Source of the DNA: an uncultured delta proteobacterium
GTDB taxonomy: Bacteria; Myxococcota_A; Polyangia; Polyangiales; Polyangiaceae
Assembly (NCBI GenBank): GCA_963782055.1
Contig: CAWAIF010000003.1
Location: 6,208,001-6,272,000 of the forward strand
Length of the DNA stretch: 64,000 nucleotides
Reading direction: 5' to 3'
A program made the position numbers and the translations under genes. Under the pieces are notes generated by a model. It was not told the DNA's origin. It saw only the letters and a program-made list of their open reading frames with translations, and did not search any database. Shown here piece after piece: positions 8,341 through 19,080 of this stretch. Position 1 is the first letter of the stretch; the number at the start of each line of letters is the position of its first letter.

Positions 8341-9995
8341 CAGGGATGGAACATCCATACCCTATCGTTGCCGGCGATGTAGATCCGCCCGAGCGCGGCG
8401 ATGGGCGTCGTGAAGATCCCCACCCCGCTCACGCCGTTCCCCGCGGTCTGCGACCCGTCGTAGACGACCGCGCCGGTGCCGACGTCCCACCCGCGCAGCG
8501 TGTTGCCGACGACCCAGACGACGGCGTTCGCGTGGCCGTCGGTGGTGGTGATCATCGGCTCGCCCTCGCTCTGGCTGTCCGCGCACCAGGCGACGGTCGC
8601 CTTCGGCGGCGCCGTCGCGGAGATCTTCAGCGCCACGAGGTCGCCCGCGCCCGTGGGACAGCCCAGGCCGGTCGCGCCGCCGTAGCCGTGCAGCACGACG
8701 TACGTCCCCGCGCCAGTCGTCACCGCCGCCGCGGCGTTGATGATCTCCCCGCTCACCACGTGGGCGTTGAACACGCCGTCGCCGGAGCCGGCGTCGGCGA
8801 CGCCCCCGAGGTCGGCGCGGTCGAGCAGGTAGACGTAGCCGTTCTTTCCGAGGGAGAGCACCAGGCTCGCGGGGGTGGCGCCGGGCGCCTCGACGATGAC
8901 CGGCCCCGACCCGCCGATGTCCACGTCGCCGGTGTCCAGCGCCTTCCAGTCGTGAGGCGCGAAGTAGTCGGCGGGCAGCCCGGTGAAGCTGGGCCCTGCG
9001 TGGAACCGGAAGATCGCCTCGCCCCCCGACCACTTGCTCGCGCCGAAGGTGTTGCCCGAGGCGACGTAGAGGTCGGTGCCGTCCGCCGCGACGCCGCCCG
9101 GCGCCCACATCCCGCCGCCCTTCGCGGGCGTGACGTACCCCTTGATCGCCGACGGGTTCACCTCCGGCACGCCGATGGTCCACCCGTGGTAGTCGCCGCA
9201 ATCGCCGTAGTGCCCGCCGAAGGGCACGTACACGACGCCGCCCTGCAGCGCGAGCGCGCCGCGCTGGTTCTCCAGCTTGGCGCTGAAGCCGCCGCCCACC
9301 GTGGAGAGGTCGACCGGAAAGCCGGCGCGCTCGCTCCCGTCATCCACCGAGAGCGCGTGGAGCATGTGCGTTTGGATGGCGCTCTGATCGCCCACCGCAG
9401 CGCTGACGTAGAGCGTGCGCGACGCCGCGTCGATGACGGGCGTGCCCGTGATGCCGATGGGGTGCACGTTGCCGCACCCGGCCCCGCTGTTCTGCGCCGG
9501 CGTGCCCAGCGTCTTTTGCCAGAGCGGCAGTCCCGTGTCGGCGTCGAGCGCCGTCACCTGGTTGCTCTCGGTGAAGGCGAAGACCGCGGCCTTCCCACCC
9601 GGTCCGTCCTCCAGGAAGAGCGCCTGCGCGTAGACGTGGCCGGAGATCGTCCCGTCGAACGTCTTGTCCAGCTTCATCGTCGCGGCCGCCGCCTTGGTGA
9701 ACGTCGGCTGCACGTACAGGCCGTCGCGCGAGGCGTGCTGGTGGTGCGTCAGGACCGAGTCGCCCGCGTCGACGTCGCCCGCGTCCCCCGCGTCCGCCGC
9801 GCTGCCGTCCCCGCCGCCGTCACCCGACGCCACGTCGGGCACGTCGGCGTCCGCCGCCGCGCCGTCGGGCAGCGTCCCGTCGAGGAGGGAGGCGTCGGTC
9901 CCGCCGTCCCCGGCTCCGGAGCCGCCTCCACCACAGCCTCCACACCCTGCCGTCACCAGGAGGACACCCACCACCAGACTGGCCGCGCCGCGCAT
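8340..9995 (-). CDS. Secreted lipoprotein with a PQQ-like beta-propeller
   Basis: Lipobox VTAGC, acidic DAG linker, VTALDADTGLPLW, GITGTPVID, GGMWAPGG, YVYLLDR. Confidence 0.78.
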   Translation of the reverse strand: MRGAASLVVGVLLVTAGCGGCGGGGSGAGDGGTDASLLDGTLPDGAAADADVPDVASGDGGGDGSAADAGDAGDVDAGDSVLTHHQHASRDGLYVQPTFTKAAAATMKLDKTFDGTISGHVYAQALFLEDGPGGKAAVFAFTESNQVTALDADTGLPLWQKTLGTPAQNSGAGCGNVHPIGITGTPVIDAASRTLYVSAAVGDQSAIQTHMLHALSVDDGSERAGFPVDLSTVGGGFSAKLENQRGALALQGGVVYVPFGGHYGDCGDYHGWTIGVPEVNPSAIKGYVTPAKGGGMWAPGGVAADGTDLYVASGNTFGASKWSGGEAIFRFHAGPSFTGLPADYFAPHDWKALDTGDVDIGGSGPVIVEAPGATPASLVLSLGKNGYVYLLDRADLGGVADAGSGDGVFNAHVVSGEIINAAAAVTTGAGTYVVLHGYGGATGLGCPTGAGDLVALKISATAPPKATVAWCADSQSEGEPMITTTDGHANAVVWVVGNTLRGWDVGTGAVVYDGSQTAGNGVSGVGIFTTPIAALGRIYIAGNDRVWMFHP

Positions 9996-10085
9996 GCCGT
10001 ATCTTGGGCGCACGCTCCGCCGCCGGCACCATGAATGACTTGCGCGAGCGCAGGCCCTATGCTCCCCGGCCAAGGAGCTCTCCCC

Positions 10086-11324
10086 ATGGCAGCCGCATAC
10101 ATCCTCGACGCCGTCCGCAGCCCCCGGGGCCGCGGCAAGCCCGGCAAGGGCGCACTCTCAAAGATCCACCCGCAGAACCTGCTCGCGCAGACGCTGCAGG
10201 GGCTGGCGAAGAAGAGCGGCCTCGACCCCAAGGACGTCGACAACGTCGTCGTCGGGTGCGTCTCGCAGGCGGGCGAGCAGGGCGCCAACATCGCGCGCAA
10301 CGCCGTGCTCGACGCCGGCTGGCCCATCGAGGTCACCGGCACCACCCTCAACCGCTTCTGCGGCTCCGGCGCGCAGGCCGTCAACTTCGCCGCGGCGGGC
10401 GTCATGACCGAGCAGCAGGCCTTCGTCGTCGGCGGCGGCGTCGAGTCCATGTCCCGCGCGCCGATGGCGTCCGACGGCGGCGGGCTGGACGGCAACAACC
10501 TCCACCTCCGCGAGCGCTTCGTGCAGGTGCCGCAGGGCATCAGCGCCGACCTCATCGCCACCCTGGAGGGCTTCAGCCGGCAAGAGCTCGACGCGTGGGC
10601 GCTCCGCTCGCAGCAGCGCGCCGCGAAGTCGCTCGAGGATGGCCGCTTCGCGCGCAGCCTCGTGCCCATCGTCGATCCGGAGACCGGCGCCGTCGTCCTG
10701 GACCACGACGAGTACCCGCGGCCTGGCACCTCGGCGGAAGGCCTGGCCAAGCTGGAGCCCGCGTTCGTCACGATGGGCGCGACCCCCGCCGGCGCCGACG
10801 GGCAGACCCTGGACCAGATCGCGCTGGCGGCCTACCCGCAGGCCAAGGCCATCCACCACGTGCATACTGCAGGCAACTCGAGCGGCATCGTCGACGGCGC
10901 CGCCGCCGTGCTCGTCGCCTCCGAGCGCGTGGTGAAGGAGCGCGGCCTCAAGCCCCGCGCGCGCGTCCGGGCGTGGGCCACCATCGGCGCCGAGCCGGTC
11001 ATCATGCTCACCGCCCCCGCGCCCGCGTCGGAGAAGGCGCTCCGCCTCGCCGGCATGAGCGCCAAGGACATCGACCTCTGGGAGATCAACGAGGCCTTCG
11101 CCGCCGTCGTCCTCCAGACCATCCGCAAGCTCGCCATCGACCCGGAGAAGGTCAACGTGTGCGGCGGCGCCATCGCCCTCGGCCACCCCCTCGGCGCCAC
11201 TGGCGCCATCCTCATCGGCACTGTCCTCGACGAGCTGGAGCGCCGCGACCTCACCACCGCCTGCGTGACCATGTGCATCGGCGGCGGGCAGGGCATCGCG
11301 ACCATCCTGGAGCGGGTGCGCTGA
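10086..11324 (+). CDS. Acetyl-CoA C-acyltransferase (thiolase)
   Basis: [43 protein letters not shown]. Confidence 0.95.
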   Translation: MAAAYILDAVRSPRGRGKPGKGALSKIHPQNLLAQTLQGLAKKSGLDPKDVDNVVVGCVSQAGEQGANIARNAVLDAGWPIEVTGTTLNRFCGSGAQAVNFAAAGVMTEQQAFVVGGGVESMSRAPMASDGGGLDGNNLHLRERFVQVPQGISADLIATLEGFSRQELDAWALRSQQRAAKSLEDGRFARSLVPIVDPETGAVVLDHDEYPRPGTSAEGLAKLEPAFVTMGATPAGADGQTLDQIALAAYPQAKAIHHVHTAGNSSGIVDGAAAVLVASERVVKERGLKPRARVRAWATIGAEPVIMLTAPAPASEKALRLAGMSAKDIDLWEINEAFAAVVLQTIRKLAIDPEKVNVCGGAIALGHPLGATGAILIGTVLDELERRDLTTACVTMCIGGGQGIATILERVR

Positions 11325-11328
11325 GCGG

Positions 11329-11715
11329 GTGATGACACGCTTCTTGTGGATCTGCCTCGGGGGAGCGCTCGGCACCGGGTCGCGCTACCTCATCGGCCTC
11401 TGGGCCGGGCGCGCCCTCGGCACGACCTTCCCCTACGGCACCCTCGCCGCCAACATCCTCGGCTGCTTCCTCATCGCGGCGGTGACCCACGTCGCGCTCA
11501 CCACCACGAGCATCTCCCCCACCCTGCGGCTGGCCATCACCACCGGCTTCATGGGCGGGCTGACGACATACTCGAGCTTCAACCTCGAGACCACCACGCT
11601 CCTGCGCGCCCGGGCGTGGTACGCGGGCCTCGTCAACGTGGGCGTCACCCTGAGCGTGTGCTTCGTGGCGGGCATGCTCGGGCTCCTTGTCGCGCGCCGC
11701 ATCGTGGGCAACTGA
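11329..11715 (+). CDS. crcB: Fluoride channel FluC/CrcB
   Basis: [34 protein letters not shown]. Confidence 0.93.
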   Translation: MMTRFLWICLGGALGTGSRYLIGLWAGRALGTTFPYGTLAANILGCFLIAAVTHVALTTTSISPTLRLAITTGFMGGLTTYSSFNLETTTLLRARAWYAGLVNVGVTLSVCFVAGMLGLLVARRIVGN

Positions 11716-11779
11716 GAGGACGACCATGCCCCTACGACCCTCTCGGGACGCTGAGGGTCCGGGCGCTGGAGGTTGATTC

Positions 11780-12127
11780 ATGCGAGTTCTGGACGGCGAG
11801 CAGATCCTGGTGCGCATCTTCATCGGTGACGCGGACAAGTGGCACCACCAGCCCCTCGCGCGGGCGTTGCTCGAGCGCCTGCGCAGCGAGGGCTTCGCCG
11901 GCGCGACCGTCATCCACGGCGTCGCGGGGTTCGGGGCGACGAGCGTCATCCATACCGCCAACATCGTCGCGCTGTCGGCGGATCTGCCTGTCCTCGTCGA
12001 GGTCGTGGACGACGCAGCCCACGCCGATCGGCTCGTGGAGATCCTGGACGAGATGCTCACCGGAGGCGCCCTGGTGACGATGGAGAACGTGCGCGTCCTC
12101 AAGTACGCAGCCGGAAAGAAGGCGTGA
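11780..12127 (+). CDS. DUF190 PII-like protein
   Basis: RIFIGDADKW, AGATVIHGVAGFG, LSADLPVLVEVVD; usual neighbour of crcB. Confidence 0.88.
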   Translation: MRVLDGEQILVRIFIGDADKWHHQPLARALLERLRSEGFAGATVIHGVAGFGATSVIHTANIVALSADLPVLVEVVDDAAHADRLVEILDEMLTGGALVTMENVRVLKYAAGKKA

Positions 12128-12206
12128 AGAGCCCCTGTCCGGTCTCGGGCGCCGGGCGAAAATTGGGGATGCATGCGCGCCCGTCGCCTCTGTTAGGCTT
12201 GGCGCC

Positions 12207-12908
12207 ATGGTCCTGACCAAGAAGCGCGCCGCCAAGCCGAAGAAGAAGACCGCCGCCACGAAGAAGCCGCGCGCCGCCAAGCCGAAGAAGGCGCCGGCGA
12301 AGCGGAAGGCGGCACCCGCGAAGCGCAAGGCCACCAAGCGTCCCGCCGCCAAGCGCAAGGCCACCAAGCGTCCCGCCGCCAAGCGCAAGGCCACCAAGCG
12401 TCCCGCCGCCAAGCGCAAGGCCACCAAGCGTCCCGCCGCCAGGCGCAAGGCCACCAAGCGTCCCGCCGCCAGGCGCAAGGCCACCAAGCGTCCCGCCGCC
12501 AAGCGCAAGGCCGCGGCCGCGAAGCCCGCGCCGGCGAAGAAGAAGAGCGCACCGAAGGCCCGCGCCGCCGCGAAGCCCGCCGCCCTCCAGCGCCGCGACG
12601 GCTCCGGCCACCTCGAGCCCCACTACGCGGCCCAGCTACGCAGGATCACCCGCGAGGGCCGGCACGAGGATCCGGAGGACTTCGTCCGCGGCAACCGCGC
12701 GATGGATCCACTCGCCCAGCAGCTCGGCCAGGAGTACGTCGAGACGGTCACCAGCGCCGAGGATGAGGGCGAGGACGTGCTCTATCAGGACGTGCCGGAG
12801 GAGGTGGGCGGCCCGTTCGTCATCAGCCCCGCCAGCACCGAGTTCGCCCAGGGCACCGACGCGTCCAACCCCAGGGGCGCGAAGCGCGAGCCGTTCCCGC
12901 GGACCTGA
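12207..12908 (+). CDS. Histone H1-like Lys/Ala/Arg repeat protein with an acidic C-terminal domain
   Basis: (KRKATKRPAA)n repeats followed by an acidic globular-looking tail. Confidence 0.8.
   Translation: MVLTKKRAAKPKKKTAATKKPRAAKPKKAPAKRKAAPAKRKATKRPAAKRKATKRPAAKRKATKRPAAKRKATKRPAARRKATKRPAARRKATKRPAAKRKAAAAKPAPAKKKSAPKARAAAKPAALQRRDGSGHLEPHYAAQLRRITREGRHEDPEDFVRGNRAMDPLAQQLGQEYVETVTSAEDEGEDVLYQDVPEEVGGPFVISPASTEFAQGTDASNPRGAKREPFPRT
12321..12511 (+). repeat. 30-bp coding tandem repeat, 6 full copies plus a partial
   Basis: ARGCGCAAGGCCACCAAGCGTCCCGCCGCC head-to-tail. Confidence 0.95.
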
Positions 12909-13007
12909 CGGTCCCTCGGCCGCGCCAGACCACGCGGCACGTTGCCCCGCGCCGGATTGAGCGCCCATGTGCTTAACCGGCACCGCGAAGGTGTCGTTCG
13001 TCCATCC

Positions 13008-14507
13008 GTGGAAACCGTCGCTCAGGTGGAGGACGCGCGCGCCGCCGTGGGCGGGCTCTGGCACCGCCTGGTGCGGGTGTCCCCCTCGGTGACCGATCCG
13101 GTGGTCCGTAGCCACGCGCGGCTCGCGGCGGGGCTGGCGCTGGTGTCCACGGTGCTGACCGGGGCCGCCTCGCTGCAGGCGGCGCTGCTCGCCCCGGCGG
13201 CGGTTGCCCATGTCGTGGCGCCCGTCCTCGTCGTGACCACCACCCTCAGCGGCGTGGGATACCTCCTCGCGCGAACGGGCCGCGTCCTGGCGACGGTCGC
13301 GCTGCTGATGTTCCTCGGCCTCACGTCCCCTGCCATCACCCTGCTCACCCACGACACCTCCGCGTACGGGGCGACCGCCCTGGCGGCCTTCGCCATGATC
13401 CCGGTGCTCACGTCGACGGCGCTCCTTCGCTCCCGCGGCGTGCTCCTGGTGAGCGCGACCGTGCTGGCGGCGGTGGTGGGCACACTCCTGTCCCTGCACG
13501 AAGGCGGCCAGAACGTCGCCGTCCCCATCCTCCTCCTCGTCACCACCTCCACCATCCTGGTCGTCGCCAGCCGCCACCGCGAGGCGGTCGAGCGGCTCCG
13601 ACAGGCCGCGCTGCAGCACCGCAACGAGGAGCTCCAGCGCCTGCGCGACACGCTGGAGGAGCGGGTGGCCGCGCGGACGCGGGACATCGAGCGCAGCCAC
13701 TCCGAGCTCGCCCACGCCTACGCCGACCTTCAGGCCAACCAGGAGGCGCTCGTCGCCTCGGAGAAGATGGCGCTCCTCGGACGCCTGACGGCAGGCGTGG
13801 CGCACGAGATGAACTCCCCGCTGGGCGCGATCCTCGCATCGGTCGATCACCTGGAGACGCTCGTGGACGAGTACGGGGAGTCCATCGGCGACGCGACGGT
13901 GACCGACGCCGACCACCGCGAGATCCAGAAGGAGCTGCACGAGTCGGTGCAGATCGCTCGCCTCGCGACCGAGCGGGCCACGTCCTTCGTGCGGAGCATC
14001 AAGTCGCAGACGCGGACGAGCACCCCGGGGCGGGTCGACCACTTCGACATGGCCGCGGTCGTCCACGATGCGGTGCTGCTGCTCCAGCACCAGGCGCGAG
14101 CGGCCCGCTGCAAGGTGAACGTCGAGGCGCCCGCGCGCCCCGTGCCGGTGGACGGCGACGCGGGCCGTCTGGCGCAGGCGGTGACCAACCTGGTGAGCAA
14201 CGCGATCGACGCGACGGGGGAGAGTGGCGGCGGCGAGGTGCGCGTGACCATCGCGCGCCAGCCAGACGTCGTCGTCGTCGAGGTGCACGACCAGGGCGCA
14301 GGCATTCCCGCTGACATCCTCCCCTCCATCTTCGAGCCGCTGTTCACGACCAAGCCCTTCGGTCGCGGGACCGGCCTGGGGCTCGCCATCACCCGGGAGG
14401 TCGTCGAGCGCGACTTCGGCGGGTCCATCGCGGTCGACACCTCGTCCGGAGGCAGCTGCTTCCGCCTGGAGCTTCCCACCTCCCAGGGAGTCGACCATGC
14501 CGCGTAA
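13008..14507 (+). CDS. Membrane-bound sensor histidine kinase (start uncertain)
   Basis: Multiple TMs; GVAHEMNSPL H-box, NLVSNAIDA, DQGAGI, FEPLFTTK, GTGLGL. Confidence 0.93.
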   Translation: METVAQVEDARAAVGGLWHRLVRVSPSVTDPVVRSHARLAAGLALVSTVLTGAASLQAALLAPAAVAHVVAPVLVVTTTLSGVGYLLARTGRVLATVALLMFLGLTSPAITLLTHDTSAYGATALAAFAMIPVLTSTALLRSRGVLLVSATVLAAVVGTLLSLHEGGQNVAVPILLLVTTSTILVVASRHREAVERLRQAALQHRNEELQRLRDTLEERVAARTRDIERSHSELAHAYADLQANQEALVASEKMALLGRLTAGVAHEMNSPLGAILASVDHLETLVDEYGESIGDATVTDADHREIQKELHESVQIARLATERATSFVRSIKSQTRTSTPGRVDHFDMAAVVHDAVLLLQHQARAARCKVNVEAPARPVPVDGDAGRLAQAVTNLVSNAIDATGESGGGEVRVTIARQPDVVVVEVHDQGAGIPADILPSIFEPLFTTKPFGRGTGLGLAITREVVERDFGGSIAVDTSSGGSCFRLELPTSQGVDHAA

Positions 14508-15984
14508 GCGCACCACCGTCTCGACGGGACGCTCGGTGCTCGTCATCGACGACAACGCGGAGTACCTGACCTCCACCGCGCGCATCATCGCGCGCGACGG
14601 CCACGAGGTGCTCACGGCGAGCTCCGGCGAGGACGGCCTGCGGATCCTGCGCGCGCGGTCGGTGGATCTGGTGCTCGTCGACTACTTCATGCCGGGCATG
14701 ACGGGCGAGCAGTTCGTGAGCGAGCTGCGCGCCTTCGACGCCAGCGTGCAGGTGATCCTCCAGACCGGCTACGCGAGCGAGCAGCCCCCTCGCGAGCTCC
14801 TCCGGCGGCTCGACATCCAGGGCTACCACGACAAGAGCGAGGGCCCGGCCAAGCTGGCGCTCTGGGTGGACGTGGGGCTCCGCGCCGCTTACACGGTGCA
14901 GCTCCTGGACAAGTCCCGCCGCGGCCTGGAGTACATCCTGAGCGTCACGCCGGAGCTGCACCGGATCCAGCCGCTGGATCAGCTCCTCAACGGGGTGCTG
15001 CTGCAGACCGTGGGGCTGCTCGGCGCCGTGGACTCCTTCCTCGCGGTGGCGAGCGGGCCGCCGCAGGAGGTGACCGAGGAGGCCTTCGTCGCCACCGTCC
15101 AGGCGGGCGGCAAGCTCCGCGTGCGCGCGGGGACCGGCCGGTTCGCGGCGAGCGCCGGCGCCGGCGAGCTCGATGCCGCGCAGTCGACGGCCATCGCAGA
15201 GCTGATGCGCTGCGGCGAGGTGCGCGCCAGCGGCGAGGGGACGGTCGTGCCCCTGCGCGTGGGACAAAGCACGCTGGGCGTCATCTACGTCGATCGCAAG
15301 GTGGCGCAGCCGCGCGACGTGGAGCTCGTGCGCGTGTTCGCCAACCAGGCCGCCGTGGCCATCCACAACGCCTCCCTCTACGAGCTCGCGGCGGTGGACC
15401 AGCTCACCCGCGTCTACACCCGCACCTTCTTCCAGCACGCGCTGCTTCGCGAGCTGCGGTCCGCGCACAGGCTCGGTCGAGGGGTCGGCCTGCTGCTGGT
15501 GGACGTGGACGACATGAAGTCCATCAACGACGTGGGCGGGCACCTGTGCGGGGATCAGGCCCTCGCCGCGGTCGGGAGCTTGCTGCGACGATGCACCCGC
15601 GCGACCGACGTGATCGGCCGCTACGGGGGCGACGAGTTCGTGGTGGTGCTGCCCGGCGCGGACGCGGCCGGCACCGAGGTGGTCGCGCGTCGCATCGTCG
15701 AGCAGTGCGCGGGGCTGCAGGTCCCCGGCGCCGATGGCAAGCTCGTGGACGTTCGGCTCACCGTCGGCACCGCGGTCGTGCGACCCGAAGACGAGGCCGC
15801 GGCGGCGCGCTCCGCCGGGTACTTCGAGGCGATGGCGCGACGACTCGTCGACGCGGCGGACGCCTGCCTGTACGGCGGCAAGTCCGCGGGCAAGGCCCGC
15901 ACGCTGGAGGCGCGCGCCGTCGGCTGGGACGCCCTCTCCCTCCCGCCCTCGTCGGACGGCCACGGTCCAGACTGGCTCGCCTGA
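14497..15984 (+). CDS. Response regulator diguanylate cyclase (REC-GAF-like-GGDEF)
   Basis: VLVIDDN, VDYFMP, DQLTRVY, RATD I-site, RYGGDEF. Confidence 0.92.
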   Translation: MPRKRTTVSTGRSVLVIDDNAEYLTSTARIIARDGHEVLTASSGEDGLRILRARSVDLVLVDYFMPGMTGEQFVSELRAFDASVQVILQTGYASEQPPRELLRRLDIQGYHDKSEGPAKLALWVDVGLRAAYTVQLLDKSRRGLEYILSVTPELHRIQPLDQLLNGVLLQTVGLLGAVDSFLAVASGPPQEVTEEAFVATVQAGGKLRVRAGTGRFAASAGAGELDAAQSTAIAELMRCGEVRASGEGTVVPLRVGQSTLGVIYVDRKVAQPRDVELVRVFANQAAVAIHNASLYELAAVDQLTRVYTRTFFQHALLRELRSAHRLGRGVGLLLVDVDDMKSINDVGGHLCGDQALAAVGSLLRRCTRATDVIGRYGGDEFVVVLPGADAAGTEVVARRIVEQCAGLQVPGADGKLVDVRLTVGTAVVRPEDEAAAARSAGYFEAMARRLVDAADACLYGGKSAGKARTLEARAVGWDALSLPPSSDGHGPDWLA

Positions 15985-16030
15985 CGCCTTTTCGCTGGCC
16001 CTTCCTCGTCCCCCCTTCTAGAACGAGGCG

Positions 16031-17233
16031 GTGGTGGAGCGCGCGGAGGTCGTCATCGTCGGCGGGGGACCCGCAGGGCTGACGACGGCCATCGCCTTGC
16101 TCCACGCCGACCCGTCCCTCGCCGAGCGGGTGGTCCTGCTGGAGAAGGCGCGTTACCCGCGCGAGAAGTACTGCGCCGGCGGCGTCGGCGGTCGCGGCGA
16201 CAAGATCCTCGCCTCCCTCGACGCCCGCCCCGACGTGCCCTCGGTGCCCGTCGACGGCATCTCCTTTCGCGCCGCCCGTGGGGAGCAGCGCGCCGTGGTC
16301 GGCGGCATCGGGCGCGTGGTGCGGCGCATCGAGTTCGACGCGGCCCTCGCCGGGATCGCGCGGGCGCGCGGCGTGCGCATCCTGGAGGACGCGCAGGCGA
16401 CGCGCGTGGAGGCGGACGCGCGCGGCGCCACCGTGTACACCTCCCGCGGCGAGTACCGCGCCCGCATCGTCGCGGGCGCCGATGGCGTGGGCAGCGTGGT
16501 GCGCAAGGCGATCGGCCTCGGCGCGGGGCGCCTGCGCGCGCAGGTGCTGGAGCTGGACACCGAGCCGGTCGATGGCGACCCGGAGCGCACCATCCTGCAC
16601 TTCGACGCCGCCGACCGCGGGCTCACCGGCTACTACTGGGACTTCCCGACGATCGTCGGCGGCGAGGAGCTCATCTGCCGGGGCATCTATCACCTCCGCA
16701 TGCGGGAGGACGACGTGGACATCCACGCACGCCTCGCCGAGCGCATGGAGGGGATGGGGCTGGACATCACGAAGTACAAGAACAAGCGCTACGCGGAGCG
16801 CGGCTTCGACCCGACCGAGCCCGTGGGCAAGGGCCCGCTCCTGCTCGTCGGAGAGGCGGCGGGCATCGACCCCATCACCGGCGAGGGCATCGCCCAGGCG
16901 ATCGAGTACGGCGCGATGGCCGGCACCTTCATCCACGACGCGCTGCGCGGCACCGCGTCGCTCGACCGGTGGTCGGAGCACGTGCGCACCTCGCGTCTCG
17001 GGCGCGACCTGCGCATCCGCAGGCGACTCACGCAGTCCTTCTTCGGCCCCGCGAGGCCCGACATGGAGCGCCTGCTGCTGGAGAGCGACAGGCCGCTGCG
17101 CGCCGGGTGCCGTCACTTCGCCGCCATGTCCTTCGACTGGGGCGCGCTGGCGGGCGTCGCCTACCGCGTGAGCGCGCTGTGGCTGAAGCGCCGGCTCGCG
17201 GGCCCGGACGAGGCCCCCGCACCCGCAGACTGA
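16031..17233 (+). CDS. FAD-dependent oxidoreductase (geranylgeranyl reductase-like)
   Basis: VGGGPAG, PREKYCAGG, GADGVGS, VGEAAGIDPITGEGI. Confidence 0.88.
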   Translation: MVERAEVVIVGGGPAGLTTAIALLHADPSLAERVVLLEKARYPREKYCAGGVGGRGDKILASLDARPDVPSVPVDGISFRAARGEQRAVVGGIGRVVRRIEFDAALAGIARARGVRILEDAQATRVEADARGATVYTSRGEYRARIVAGADGVGSVVRKAIGLGAGRLRAQVLELDTEPVDGDPERTILHFDAADRGLTGYYWDFPTIVGGEELICRGIYHLRMREDDVDIHARLAERMEGMGLDITKYKNKRYAERGFDPTEPVGKGPLLLVGEAAGIDPITGEGIAQAIEYGAMAGTFIHDALRGTASLDRWSEHVRTSRLGRDLRIRRRLTQSFFGPARPDMERLLLESDRPLRAGCRHFAAMSFDWGALAGVAYRVSALWLKRRLAGPDEAPAPAD

Positions 17234-17236
17234 ACC

Positions 17237-18976
17237 TCACCCCGCCGCGCGTGCGGCGGCGGAGGACCAGGGGTACTTCGCCACCAGGCGGCGCCCCCGC
17301 TCGCGCGTGGCGGCGTCGAGCTCCCCGCGCGAGGCGAGCCGTAAGGCGCGCGCGAGCTCCTCCACCTTCTCGAAGCGGTCCTCGCGCTCCTTCGCCATCG
17401 CGATGGCCATCACCAGATCCACGTCCTCCGGCAAGCGCGCCGTCGCGCCCGGTCGCACGGGCGCGGTGTGCACCACGTGATAGAGCAGCGCGGCCACGTC
17501 CTCCCCGACGAACGCCGGCTTGCCGGTCAGCGCCCGGTAGGCGACCGTCGCGAGCGCGTACAGATCGCTCCGGTGGTCCACGGCCTCCAGGCGCACCTGC
17601 TCGGGCGCCATGTACGCCGGCGTCCCGACGAGCGCCCCTTGCGTGAGGGTGGCGCCCCCACCCTCCATGCGCGACACGCCGAAGTCGAGCACCTTCCACG
17701 TCCGCGAGCGCCCCTCGTCGAGCATCAGGTTGTGCGGCTTCATGTCGCGGTGCACGATGCCTGCCTCGCGGATGGCCACCAGCGCCTGCGACGCATGCTC
17801 CACCAGCTCCACCACCCGGTGCAGCGACATGCGCGGGTCCTTGCGCAGGTGCCACGCGAGGTCCTTGCCCACCAGCCGATCCATCGCGACGAAGGGGAGG
17901 CCGCTGTCCGTCGTGCCGGCGTCCAGCACCGCCGCCACGTACGGCGAGCGCACCTTGCGGGCGAGCTCCGCCTCGCGCACGAAGCGCTGCACCATCGAGG
18001 CGTCGGAGAGCACGTTCGGGTGCAACAGCTTGACCGCGGCCAGCGCGTGCGTCTCGGCGTGCTCGGCGGCGTAGACCTCGCCCATCCCCCCGCGGCCGAG
18101 CACCTCGCCCAGCAGGTAGCCAGCCACCGCCTGCCCGGTGAAGCGCCCCTCGCCAGGCTGCAGCGCGCGCTCCAGCTCCCCGCGCGCCTCCTCCAGGAGC
18201 GCCTCGCGCTGGTTGAGCTGCCGGTGCGCGCGCTCCATCCGCGCGAGGGCGAGCTCGGTCGCGCGCCGGCTGGACCTCGCGAAGAAGTACGTCACCGCGA
18301 AGACGACCTGCGTCATCACGACGAAGAAGGCGCGCCAGGTGGCCGTCAGGTGGCCGATGGGCATGGGCCCGAGGTCGGGGAAGAGGCCCGTCACCACGCC
18401 CATGGAGAGGACGAAGTAGCAGAGCGCCCCGACGACGTAGGTCGTGCGCGCGGCCATGCGGCTCTCGCTCAGGCCGAAGAAGTAGACGCCGATGGGCAGG
18501 ACCATCACCGCGGCGGTGAAGAGGCCGAAGTAGAAGAGCGCGAGCTCCCCCGAGACGCCGAACACCACGCCGACGAGGGCGATGAGACGCGGGGTGTAGC
18601 GCTTCTCGTCGTGGAGGACGCGCAGGGCGTACAGGCCGACGAGACCCGCGATCGCGCAGCAGCCCATCGCGAAGACGCGCAGGGCGGGCGGACCGGAGAC
18701 GAAGGGCATGAATGCGGCGCCGGTGAGCACGAGGATGGTGGTGAGCCGGAAGAAGGCGCGCGCGCGCGTCGCCTCCTCCGAGTGCATGACCACCGAGGTG
18801 GCGAGGGTGGTGGTCGCGGAGCTGCCCGCCGACGTGCGGGAGGGTGTCACGCGCGACACGGAGCGGTAGGAGGAGTCGCCCTCGCGCGAGACAGTCGGCC
18901 GCGAGGTCCCGGAGTCGTCGCCGGCGCCTCGGGAGGCGGGCGTCTCGACCATGGTGCTTTCGTCGTCCCCGGACAT
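17237..18976 (-). CDS. Hanks-type Ser/Thr kinase with an N-terminal multi-TM region
   Basis: LGRGGMGEVY, AVKLL, HRDMKPHN, DFG, GTPAYMAPEQ. Confidence 0.93.
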   Translation of the reverse strand: MSGDDESTMVETPASRGAGDDSGTSRPTVSREGDSSYRSVSRVTPSRTSAGSSATTTLATSVVMHSEEATRARAFFRLTTILVLTGAAFMPFVSGPPALRVFAMGCCAIAGLVGLYALRVLHDEKRYTPRLIALVGVVFGVSGELALFYFGLFTAAVMVLPIGVYFFGLSESRMAARTTYVVGALCYFVLSMGVVTGLFPDLGPMPIGHLTATWRAFFVVMTQVVFAVTYFFARSSRRATELALARMERAHRQLNQREALLEEARGELERALQPGEGRFTGQAVAGYLLGEVLGRGGMGEVYAAEHAETHALAAVKLLHPNVLSDASMVQRFVREAELARKVRSPYVAAVLDAGTTDSGLPFVAMDRLVGKDLAWHLRKDPRMSLHRVVELVEHASQALVAIREAGIVHRDMKPHNLMLDEGRSRTWKVLDFGVSRMEGGGATLTQGALVGTPAYMAPEQVRLEAVDHRSDLYALATVAYRALTGKPAFVGEDVAALLYHVVHTAPVRPGATARLPEDVDLVMAIAMAKEREDRFEKVEELARALRLASRGELDAATRERGRRLVAKYPWSSAAARAAG

Positions 18977-19080
18977 CCCCAGGACAAACGTAGCAAATGC
19001 GCGCCGTCCAGGGGACCGCCGCATGGCGCCGGCTCCAAGTCCTCGAGGATCCCGCCCAACTAGCTGGGCGGGGAGGGCTC

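Noticed and set aside
11300..11345. Fluoride riboswitch before crcB
   Set aside because: Only 4 bp separate crcB from the thiolase stop and no motif was seen.
12321..12511. CRISPR-like 30-bp repeats
   Set aside because: Head-to-tail with no spacers and in frame within a protein.
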